A stretch of DNA of 63,143 nucleotides, the filler included, from Octopus bimaculoides (Eukaryota), in NCBI RefSeq assembly GCF_001194135.2. It is 9 parts of 9 records of this genome, joined end to end, with 100 filler letters (N's around TTAATTAATTAA, not from the genome) between each part and the next. Parts side by side here need not be neighbours in the genome. Positions count along the whole stretch, not along the records: positions 1 to 17,884 come from NC_068989.1; 8 more parts are not named here. The stretch is one strand, 5' to 3'. Under the pieces are notes generated by a model that had not been told where the DNA came from, made no database searches, and was given only the letters and a program-made list of their open reading frames with translations. Position 1 is the first letter of the stretch; each line of letters begins with the position of its first letter. Made by a program: the position numbers and the translations under genes. This document shows positions 1-9,744 of this stretch, piece after piece.

Positions 1-330
1 TCCACGGTGGCTTCATAAATGATGGTCTCGGACATGCAGGCTCCATTTAGCGGGCACAAATTTTTATCCCTGCATGAACAGCTAGTTTCATATTGTGGTT
101 TTTGTGTATTGTGTGCGATTATATTTTGAAAATTAGTAGTTGAGCTGAAGTTGATTTTTAAGTTATGTCTATTGAAGAGCTTTCTGTAATTATGGTTGAC
201 TGGAAAATGTCTATCTATCTATACTTGCCTATATTAAAGGTCACATCGGGTGAGTAGGGGTGTGTGAACCAGATAGTTTTCCTATTTCTGTTTTCTTTTC
301 TTTATTACTGGACTGGTGGCAGGTGTATAG
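1..330 (-). mobile_element. Penelope-like element (PLE) fragment: linker and start of GIY-YIG endonuclease, frameshifted, runs off the window edge
   Basis: Manual minus-strand translation gives NRNRKTIWFTHPYSPDVTFNIGKY, a frameshift, then HFPVNHNYRKLFNRHNLKINFSSTTNFQNIIAHN...SCSCRDKNLCPLNGACMSETIIYEATV. This matches the PLE pattern (W-F-x-P-P-Y-S; CxC...CPLxGxC; IYEA) preceding GIY-YIG. Absent from the ORF track. Confidence 0.8.
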
Positions 331-570
331 GTGACAGGTGTACATGGAACCTTTTGTGCGCGTTTGTGGATGTGTGCGTGTGTGCGGATACGTGCGTAGA
401 TAGACGTGTTTTACCCTTATGGCCTTTTTACTCTTTTTTACACTTTTTCTGTATTTTGCATTTAGCCATGTTGTTTCTTGGGCATGTGCGTATATAGACG
501 TGTGTATGAAACGTTTTGCGCACGTGTGTATGTGTGCGAACGTGTTGCGCGTGTGTGAGTGTGAGCGTAT

Positions 571-615
571 AAGCCTTGTGAGTGGATTTGGTAGACGGAA
601 ACTGAAAGAAGCCCG
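571..615 (+). mobile_element. SINE family A fragment (middle segment), leading into (TA)n and a gap
   Basis: aagccttgtgagtggatttggtagacggaaactgaaagaagcccgt matches the full copy at 29036-29439. Confidence 0.85.
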
Positions 616-1199
616 TTATATATATATGTATATATATATNNNNNNNNNNNNNNNNNNNNNNNNNNNNNNNNNNNNNNNNNNNNNNNNNNNNNNNNNNNNN
701 NNNNNNNNNNNNNNNNNNNNNNNNNNNNNNNNNNNNNNNNNNNNNNNNNNNNNNNNNNNNNNNNNNNNNNNNNNNNNNNNNNNNNNNNNNNNNNNNNNNN
801 NNNNNNNNNNNNNNNNNNNNNNNNNNNNNNNNNNNNNNNNNNNNNNNNNNNNNNNNNNNNNNNNNNNNNNNNNNNNNNNNNNNNNNNNNNNNNNNNNNNN
901 NNNNNNNNNNNNNNNNNNNNNNNNNNNNNNNNNNNNNNNNNNNNNNNNNNNNNNNNNNNNNNNNNNNNNNNNNNNNNNNNNNNNNNNNNNNNNNNNNNNN
1001 NNNNNNNNNNNNNNNNNNNNNNNNNNNNNNNNNNNNNNNNNNNNNNNNNNNNNNNNNNNNNNNNNNNNNNNNNNNNNNNNNNNNNNNNNNNNNNNNNNNN
1101 NNNNNNNNNNNNNNNNNNNNNNNNNNNNNNNNNNNNNNNNNNNNNNNNNNNNNNNNNNNNNNNNNNNNNNATATATACATATGCGTGTGTGTGTGTGTG

Positions 1200-1235
<36 letters not shown>

Positions 1236-1636
1236 ATTTATATATGTTTGTGTGTGTGATTGTACATGTGTATTTCTATATCTTCCGACAAGACAGTAAA
1301 TTTGCCCCTCCATCCACTATAGATGAGAGCTTATATTTTATTCACAGGTCCATTACAATATATTTTTACTGAAAACATAACCCGTAGTTTTTGTTTCTTA
1401 TATTTCGTCAATAATTCATTGTTTTTTCTAAATGACATCTGATCAGCAAGTATTTAAGTACCATTTTAACACTGTATCATATTTCCATCTGATCATCAAA
1501 ATCTACATTTTTCCTCACTCGTACAATGGTGTTTAATAATAAACTAAAACTGAAACAAATCTTCATAACAAGAAACGGTGATGTAACTACAACTAGTTTA
1601 GCAGCAACAACGTCAACGACAGCTACGACGAAAACA

Positions 1637-1659
1637 TAATAATAATAATAATAATAATG

Positions 1660-1692
<33 letters not shown>
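1637..1692. repeat. (AAT)n microsatellite, 5' flank of the R4/Dong-like insertion
   Basis: Direct read of the sequence. Confidence 0.95.
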
Positions 1693-2026
1693 TTCTCTAA
1701 AAGAAATGGAAAAACTTTCAAAATACAAAGACCTGGAAATAGAGATAACTCGAATGTGGAATCTAAAAACAGAAACAATTCCTATCATAGTAGGTGCCTT
1801 AGGTATAATAAAAAAATATTCAGACAAATACATAACAAAAACACCAGGACTTACAAATATATATAACATACAGAAAATTGCACTACTGGGTACTGCACAC
1901 ATTCTACGCAAAACACTTTCAATACAGTAAACATAAGAGCACCACAGCAAACCACAGCACATACCCAAGGCGCACAGAGCTGCGCTCGGTAGTGAAGTGA
2001 AAGCACGTTATAAAAATAAAACTACT
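1693..2026 (+). mobile_element. 5'-truncated R4/Dong-like non-LTR retrotransposon: C-terminus of restriction-like endonuclease plus ~95-bp 3' UTR
   Basis: ORF 1706-1930 reads (SLKE)MEKLSKYKDLEIEITRMWNLKTETIPIIVGALG...IQKIALLGTAHILRKTLSIQ*, the EKxxKYxDL / W / PIxxGALG / QKxxLLGTAxILR pattern of R4-clade elements. No stops within this fragment; (AAT)n on both sides. Confidence 0.88.
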
Positions 2027-2046
2027 GAATAATAATAATAATAATA
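2027..2046. repeat. (AAT)n tract, 3' flank or tail of the R4/Dong-like insertion
   Basis: aataataataataataa follows ...actactg directly. Confidence 0.9.
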
Positions 2047-2904
2047 GGCCATCGAATACAACTTACAGATATAATTATGTCGTCTAGCCAAACTATGAAA
2101 ATTCTGTCACGGAACTAATTTATGTATAATATGAAAGTAATAAAGTAAGAAACAGGCGGGATATGAACAGCAACACGAAATACAACGGATAAAAAAAGAT
2201 CAAGGATACTCTGTTTAACGTGCAGTAGAAAACATTTGACGTTTCGGAAGGGGGACTTTCGTCAAGTCAACAGGAGTGAAAATAGGGGGAAATGTTGCAA
2301 TAAAGGCAACGTATATATATCCAATTTAACTTGAATGTCTTCTTAGAACGTTGAATACTGCGATTCTCATCTTGAGAGGATCTCTCGTGTGGATGCATTG
2401 TGCATAAAAGCACAAAAATTTACATTGCCGGCAAACGGGAACCGTCTCTAAAGGCGACAAAACTGCCTGATCACATGATTTTGATGTATTGCGTCACATC
2501 AGCGAGAGGCGCCAGGTAGCCGCATAATAGCGAAATCTCGCTTCCCAATAACTTTTCAAGCATTGATGTTGCAAATAGTCAGAAAGCTTATACAAAAATT
2601 AATTATAAGTGACAGAAGCAGTATTGATACCGAACAACAATCTTTATATCCAACTTAACGTAGATGCTTTGTTAGAACGCCGAATGATGCGGTATTCGCC
2701 TTGTGAGAACATCTCATATGGAGGCATGGTGTATGAAAACACGCATATTTATATCGTTGACTGACGAGAATCGACTAGTACAAGAGAGGGAACTGCCAGA
2801 TCACGTGATTAGACCTACTGCATCTCAAGGAAGCTGTTTTTGACCGAAGGTGCGACAGACCTCTCATATTCTTCCATGCTTTTGCCATTCGTTATTATTG
2901 TTCC

Positions 2905-3105
2905 AGTAAACTAGCACGCCGAGTGAAACGTCTAACGTATTTCGTTTGCCGCTAGGTTCTGAGTTCAAATTCCGCCGAGGTCGACTTTGCTTTTCCTCCG
3001 TTCGGGGTCGATTAAATAAGTACCAGTTACGCACTGGAGTCGATGTAATCGACTTAATCCTCTCCTCAAAACTGCCCTTGTGGCAAAAATTTGAAATCGT
3101 TATTA
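2905..3105 (+). mobile_element. SINE family B copy (central domain resembles the Meta domain; inference)
   Basis: ctgagttcaaattccgccgaggtcgactttgc...cggggtcgattaaataagtaccag matches the full copy at 60260-60475. Confidence 0.85.
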
Positions 3106-3315
3106 TTGTTGCAGCTATTTTTGCTGCTGCTTGTGATTTACAAGTTTAATTTATTTCTGAGATTATTTCGCTGAAATAGTTTTAAATCTCTTTTCACCTT
3201 CATTATTTATTTATTCACTTACAATAATATCCGATTTGTATTTTTCGTATTTCATAAAAATAAAGTATAAAGACGCATCTAAAAGAAGGATTTTTCTGAA
3301 TTGTATTCAATGTCC

Positions 3316-3407
3316 GCCCGCATAGCTCAGTCGGTAGAGCATCAGACTTTTATAGGTCAACCTTAGAAGTAATCTGAGGGTCGCGGGTTCGAGTCCCTCT
3401 GCGGGCG
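3316..3407 (+). tRNA. tRNA-Lys-TTT: tRNA-Lys(UUU) with 19-nt intron (3353-3371) at the canonical 37/38 position
   Basis: Acceptor stem GCCCGCA/TGCGGGC fully paired; D stem GCTC/GAGC; anticodon stem TCAGA/TCTGA; anticodon TTT at 3349-3351 with A37 at 3352; T loop TTCGAGT; discriminator G. Removing 3353-3371 gives a standard eukaryotic Lys-TTT sequence. One T-stem mismatch (C50:U64). Confidence 0.92.
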
Positions 3408-3423
3408 TAAACCTTTCTATATG

Positions 3424-3475
3424 CGCAGGAGTGGCTGTGTGGTAAGTAGCTTGCTTACCAACCACATGGTTCCGG
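3424..3475 (+). mobile_element. SINE family A 5' head, truncated before its B box
   Basis: gcgcaggagtggctgtgtggtaagtagcttgcttaccaaccacatggttccgg, after which similarity ends. Confidence 0.85.
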
Positions 3476-3762
3476 AATAACAAAAGAGTAATGTTTCCTA
3501 ATGTATTATATATATATATATTTCGAATATGAAGTTGAATGGGACTTCCAGTTTTGCGCTGCAGCTTGTTCAGCCAGTGAAAAAGGTTTTGCCAAATGTT
3601 ATTTAAACAATATGTAGATACGAGAGGTTTTACAACTTGTTACAAATCTAAGTGAAAGAAAAATTTTTTAAATAATTATTTTGAGATTGTAAACTAAATG
3701 TTTAAAGAACAAGAAGCAGATTAACTGTATATGTCAGTAGAAGAATTGATATAAGGAAAGGT

Positions 3763-4416
3763 GGCATAACTACAGATTCCTACCCCCAGCCCCGACTTTG
3801 GATGATCATAACTTTCCGAAAAATGAATATCTTTTAATGAAATTTTCTACGAATATGTGTTATATCATGTAGATTCCGAATAAAGAAAACTTTTGTGGGA
3901 AAGTGTTTTAGGAAGGAGTGCGGTGGGGTAGGGTGGGGAATTTCGGAAAATTCACCGGCGTCCATTTCAATTTGTCTTAACTTCCAAGAAAATAGATATT
4001 TTTAAATGAAATTTTCTATAAATATACCTCGGACTATGTAGGAATTTTGGGGGAAAACAATTGGGAGTTAATTTTTAGGACCGTTCACCACTCGGGTGTG
4101 TTTCAGAACAAGTCGTCCATATTTGTTTCATTTTCTCCGTTCTTTGCGTTTACACATCCGTAGATTTCTAGTCCTCACACACACTGCAATTAAAAAAGTT
4201 CAAACGGGAAGTTTTTCTATTCACTGTCCTTCTGTTAGAAACGTTTAGACATTTAGCTGGTATTTTTAGCATAACGAGTTTTCCGGGGAAGAGTTTTCTG
4301 GTGACAGCTTCATTGTCTTCTGTTTTAGTAGAAATCTACGGATGCACAAACACGCAAAATGGTTATGATCATCCAAAGTCGGGAAGGGGTGGGGGGCATG
4401 AATCTGTAGTTATGCC
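3763..4416. mobile_element. Non-autonomous DNA transposon (MITE), 654 bp, ~50-bp imperfect TIRs starting GG, 8-bp TSD GGAAAGGT; Merlin- or MULE-like (inference)
   Basis: Left TIR 3763-3812 ggcataactacagattc...cccgactttggatgatcataac; right TIR 4362-4416 is its reverse complement with a short indel. GGAAAGGT at both 3755-3762 and 4417-4424. No coding capacity. Confidence 0.9.
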
Positions 4417-4733
4417 GGAAAGGTTAGTTAGGGGGTAAGGAAAAAGAAAACAGAAAAGGGGGTAAGAAGATTTGATGGATATAGGTCGGTCGTTAGTTTG
4501 AATTGAAAAAAAAATAGCTTAGCAGAGTTCACGATATCATGTAGATGGGCTGAGTGTTACTGTAAAGCTAAAACATCATATGGAATTTATCTGGAGAAAA
4601 TGCTTAACATTCTAAACATATGTTTGTGTTGTGTCTATCTAAGCGTAAGCACGTGTGGTTGGTATGTTTAATTCTAGAATAATTATGAAATCTAATTTTC
4701 GGTTATAATTTCATTTCAGGTCTCTATATTAGG

Positions 4734-4890
4734 GGCAGGTGTGGTTGTGTGGTTAAGAAGCTTATTTAACAACTATGTGGTCTTGACTTCAGTCCGTCCC
4801 ACTGTGTCCCACTGTCTTCTACTATAGCCCCGGGCCGACCAAAGACTCCTGAGTGGATTTAGTCAACGGAAACTGAAGGGAACTGTTAGT
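4734..4890 (+). mobile_element. SINE family A 5' half, diverged
   Basis: gtggttgtgtggttaagaagct...ttctactatagccccgggccgaccaaag...gagtggatttagtcaacggaaactgaa. Confidence 0.75.
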
Positions 4891-5899
4891 ATGTGTATAN
4901 NNNNNNNNNNNNNNNNNNNNNNNNNNNNNNNNNNNNNNNNNNNNNNNNNNNNNNNNNNNNNNNNNNNNNNNNNNNNNNNNNNNNNNNNNNNNNNNNNNNN
5001 NNNNNNNNNNNNNNNNNNNNNNNNNNNNNNNNNNNNNNNNNNNNNNNNNNNNNNNNNNNNNNNNNNNNNNNNNNNNNNNNNNNNNNNNNNNNNNNNNNNN
5101 NNNNNNNNNNNNNNNNNNNNNNNNNNNNNNNNNNNNNNNNNNNNNNNNNNNNNNNNNNNNNNNNNNNNNNNNNNNNNNNNNNNNNNNNNNNNNNNNNNNN
5201 NNNNNNNNNNNNNNNNNNNNNNNNNNNNNNNNNNNNNNNNNNNNNNNNNNNNNNNNNNNNNNNNNNNNNNNNNNNNNNNNNNNNNNNNNNNNNNNNNNNN
5301 NNNNNNNNNNNNNNNNNNNNNNNNNNNNNNNNNNNNNNNNNNNNNNNNNNNNNNNNNNNNNNNNNNNNNNNNNNNNNNNNNNNNNNNNNNNNNNNNNNNN
5401 NNNNNNNNNNNNNNNNNNNNNNNNNNNNNNNNNNNNNNNNNNNNNNNNNNNNNNNNNNNNNNNNNNNNNNNNNNNNNNNNNNNNNNNNNNNNNNNNNNNN
5501 NNNNNNNNNNNNNNNNNNNNNNNNNNNNNNNNNNNNNNNNNNNNNNNNNNNNNNNNNNNNNNNNNNNNNNNNNNNNNNNNNNNNNNNNNNNNNNNNNNNN
5601 NNNNNNNNNNNNNNNNNNNNNNNNNNNNNNNNNNNNNNNNNNNNNNNNNNNNNNNNNNNNNNNNNNNNNNNNNNNNNNNNNNNNNNNNNNNNNNNNNNNN
5701 NNNNNNNNNNNNNNNNNNNNNNNNNNNNNNNNNNNNNNNNNNNNNNNNNNNNNNNNNNNNNNNNNNNNNNNCTCACTTTTTTTATAAATTTCGTTCGTTT
5801 TTTTATCGATTTTTTAATCGTTTTTTTTCTCACGTAATTGTTTTTGATCCTTTTATTTTATTTTATTCTATTCTATTCTATTTTATTTTATTTTATTTT

Positions 5900-6360
5900 T
5901 ATATACACACACGCATACACACACGCCCACATACATACACACACGTACATTCACGCACACACATGTACGGACACATAGATGCGCACTTATACACACATGC
6001 ATAAACACAGGCACATACACGCACATACACGCGCTCACACACACGCGCGCACGCATACACATGCATGCGACAACACGCACACGCACACAGAGGAACGCAC
6101 ATATAACTCCACACACAGAACACTACACTCACACATACGCACACGCACATACACACACACGCACATAAACACGCACACAAACACACGCACACAGACACAT
6201 GCACACAGGAACGTATATATACCTCCACACACAACCCCACGCATACACACACATACACTCGCACACAGACACAAACAAGCACACATACACACGCACACAC
6301 ACTTATACACACACACACACGTGAATGCACATATACCTCCCACACACATCACACACAAGT
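5900..6360. repeat. Degenerate (CA)n/(CACG)n low-complexity tract
   Basis: Direct read; accounts for the VCVC/THTH ORFs here. Confidence 0.9.
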
Positions 6361-6364
6361 TACA

Positions 6365-6791
6365 TTCCCGTAACTTACTGGTTCGCCAAAACAGACCGAT
6401 GGAATAAGTACTAGGCTTACAAAGAATAAGTCCTGGGGTCGATTTTGTTCGACTAAAGGCGGTTCTCCAGCATGGCCGCAGTCAAATGATTGAAATAAGT
6501 AAAAGAATAATAGAATTTGATTTTGAATCAGAAAATTATGAGTTCGGGTCTCGTCGTGGTCGCAGTGCTAGTAGGCGCTGGCATGAGTGTTTGGTAAGAA
6601 TTTTGGTTGCCAACCACATGGTTCTGCGTTCCGTCTCAATGCGTGGCACCCACCTTCGGTGAGTGTCTTCTACTATAGCCTTGGGCCGGCGAAAGCCCTG
6701 CGAGTGGATTAGATAGACGGTAACTGAAAGCAGCAATTGCTATATATGAATATGTGTGTGGGTGTGTATGTATATAGATATATATATGTAG

Positions 6792-6841
<50 letters not shown>

Positions 6842-6991
6842 TCTTTTTTTTTCTTTTACTTGTTTCAGTCATTTGACTGCGGCCATGCTGGAGCACCGCC
6901 TTTAGTCGAGCAAATCGACCCCAGGACTTATTCTTTGTAAGCCTAGTACTTATTCTATCGGTCTCTTTTGCCGAACCGCTAAGTTACGGGG

Positions 6992-6992
<1 letters not shown>
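6365..6992. mobile_element. Cluster of SINE family A pieces: 3' half + (6365-6512), 5' half + (6572-6745), 3' half - (6851-6992)
   Basis: Each matches segments of 29036-29439 (e.g. gaataagtcctggggtcgat...cagcatggccgcagtcaaatga and its reverse complement). Confidence 0.85.
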
Positions 6993-7074
<82 letters not shown>

Positions 7075-7075
<1 letters not shown>

Positions 7076-7270
7076 CTCTGTGTTATGTTTGTCCTCCATC
7101 ATTGCTTGGCAACTCGTATTAGTTTGATTATATCTCCGACAGTTAGAGATTCAGCAAAAAGAATAGAAACGCATGAATTAAGTACCTGATTTTGTTCGGC
7201 TAAAAATATTTAAAGGTAGTGCCCCAGCATGGCCACAGTCCAGTTTTTGAAAGAAGTAAAAGATAAACCA
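7075..7270 (+). mobile_element. SINE family A 3' half, diverged
   Basis: cattgcttggcaac...aagtacc...cccagcatggccacagtc...gaagtaaaaga. Confidence 0.7.
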
Positions 7271-7850
7271 TAAAAGATAAGATATCGAAAGAATAAGGTG
7301 AAAAACATGGTATATAAACGAAAATTACAAGTATTCTATGATCCTATTTGTTACCAGAGTTTTGAATTATAAAAAGCCGTTATGTATCTTGAATACTTAA
7401 TGCAAATTTCAATGTAAAAATATAGATACTAACTTTAATTAGTTTAAAACTGCGAAATACATTGCTTATAATACACGTTCTATAAGCGAAGAAAATGGAG
7501 GTGACATTACAACTACCACAGAGACGCAGGAAATAAGGCAAAAGAGCAATATATAATGGCGTGTATAATGCGTATAAAATGCGATTATGGAAAGCTGAAA
7601 ACAGAAATTAACTATACATATAATTGTATATAAATAAAATAAAAAATTAACCAAAAATTATGTGCGCGCGCGCGCGTGTGTGTATGCATGTTGATTCTGT
7701 TGAGTGAGATATAAAATTTGGCTATGCGTAATGAGGGATGTAAGTAGGTTAATAAATATAAATATCTAAAGAGGAGAGAAATCTATTTAAATATATACAA
7801 GGGGTGATAGTTTGGTGAAAAAGTAATATAATAAACATGTGTGCTTACAG

Positions 7851-7898
<48 letters not shown>

Positions 7899-7961
7899 CT
7901 GCGTGTGTATGTGTATATATGTGTGCATACACTTTTATGTAGTATTGGTGTATAAAAACGT

Positions 7962-8299
7962 CATTCTCCATTGGTTATTTACAGAAAGAAAAGGGAGAAG
8001 AGAACTGGTTCCTTTGTCAACCAGAGTGGGCCTGGTGCGCTGAAACACTGACCTGGGAACAAAAGACCGACCCAGGTTCAATTCCCACTGGGGACAGAGT
8101 CTTGGAAAGCAGCTGGAGGTCATCTAGGAGTCATGACTTGGGTGGGCCCGGCTCCAGTAGAGCGTCAGGTATAAGAGCTGAAACACTTGTCGGAAGGGAG
8201 TTCTTCGACTGAAGATGTTTCCTGCTGTGTGCTCGCCTTGCGGCGAGTTTCTGTGATATGTGTGTGTGTGAGGGGGGAGTGTCTGTGTGTGTGTATTAG
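7962..8299 (+). mobile_element. Unclassified SINE-like insertion with B box and (TG)n tail, between direct repeats
   Basis: B-box-like ggttcaattccc near 8075-8086; ends in (TG)n; ttggtgtataaaaacgt at both 7945-7961 and 8300-8316. No other copy seen in this window. Confidence 0.45.
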
Positions 8300-8445
8300 T
8301 TGGTGTATAAAAACGTTTCCACTCCATTCGTAATATTAACTTATTTAAATTTACTATATGCAATATCAAGAAGGCAGTTATATTTTCAAAGCAATGAACG
8401 AACACGCACATGCATACGCACACATGTACACATATATACATGCAC

Positions 8446-8485
<40 letters not shown>

Positions 8486-8490
8486 GTAAT

Positions 8491-8565
<75 letters not shown>

Positions 8566-8626
8566 CACTGCATTCTCATTTATATATATATGTGTGTGTG
8601 TGTATACTTATATTGATGTATATATT

Positions 8627-8692
<66 letters not shown>

Positions 8693-9339
8693 TAGTAGTA
8701 GTAGGCGGGAGAGGAGGATGAGGAGGTGGTAGAGAACGAAGAGGAGGTGGAGGATGAGGAGGTGAAAGAGGAAGAAGATGNNNNNNNNNNNNNNNNNNNN
8801 NNTGAGGTGGAGGAGGGGGCGGAGGGGGAGGAGGGGGTGCAGCAGCAGCAGTAGCAGCACTAGGAGAAGAAGCTAGTTTTCTTATATATTAATAAATATA
8901 GCATTGGCACAAAGCCATATGTAATAAGGGAAACGGTGTTTGTACAGTAGAATGACTTAATTACCCCAGTATATGACTAGTACCGGTGTTATTCATGCCA
9001 CAGTCATGCCATGTGAAGTCGATCCCTTCTTCTCTCGAGATTTGGTCTCAGATCAGGACGTAAAAGGAGATAGCTTAATACCGAAAGGCAAACACAATAT
9101 TTCTACTCCTATTCCACCATGTATTATTATTTATTAATCAGTTAAATTCTCTTGATTTATCTATGTCACTTCTCAACTCCATCCTGCAGCTGATCTTGAA
9201 TACGTAATACGAATTTTAATGAAAGAACATAAAAACTTATTTTAAAATAATTAGTTAAAACTAATTACTTATAATATATAACTCATTGCTTAAAGTATAT
9301 GTCCTGTAAGCTAATAACGGCGGTGACATTGCTATCACA

Positions 9340-9680
9340 CTTTCCTCAACGCAACAGCTGTTCCAAGTATTGCTTTCAACTGAATACTTTGTAAGGAGTT
9401 TTGTGTTTTGCAGCTTTTGTTGCAAATGCCCTTGTTCTCTTTGAGATGGTTCCAAGGGCACCGATCTCAATAGGTACCACCTACACTTTCGAAGTTCTAT
9501 GGATTCTTTTCACTTCCACTCTTAGATTTTTATACTTCCCGACTTTCTTGTCCTCAGTATTCACAATATTCTCGTCTGCAGGTATAGCTACATTGCTGGA
9601 AGTCCGTTCTTCGGACTCCTTCAGTAGGAAAGTGTTATCTGGTCCGTTACGTTGCATTATTGCGTGATTTTCCTGCACTA
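9340..9680 (-). mobile_element. Degenerate R4-like RLE 3' fragment (different subfamily from 1693-2026)
   Basis: Minus strand gives IMQRNGPD...NVAIPADENIVNTEDKKVGKYKNLRVEVKRIHRTSKV, a frameshift, then VVPIEIGALGTISK. Confidence 0.75.
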
Positions 9681-9744
9681 GTGAGCGTATATTTGTGTCG
9701 TGAGCATGTGTATTTTTTTAACTTCTGGTTTGGTTCATATTGCT

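Noticed and set aside
2235-2266. Hammerhead-like words on the minus strand (TTGACGA-AAG..CTT-CC-GAAAC-GTC)
   Set aside because: Core is altered and stem I cannot form; at most a decayed PLE tail.
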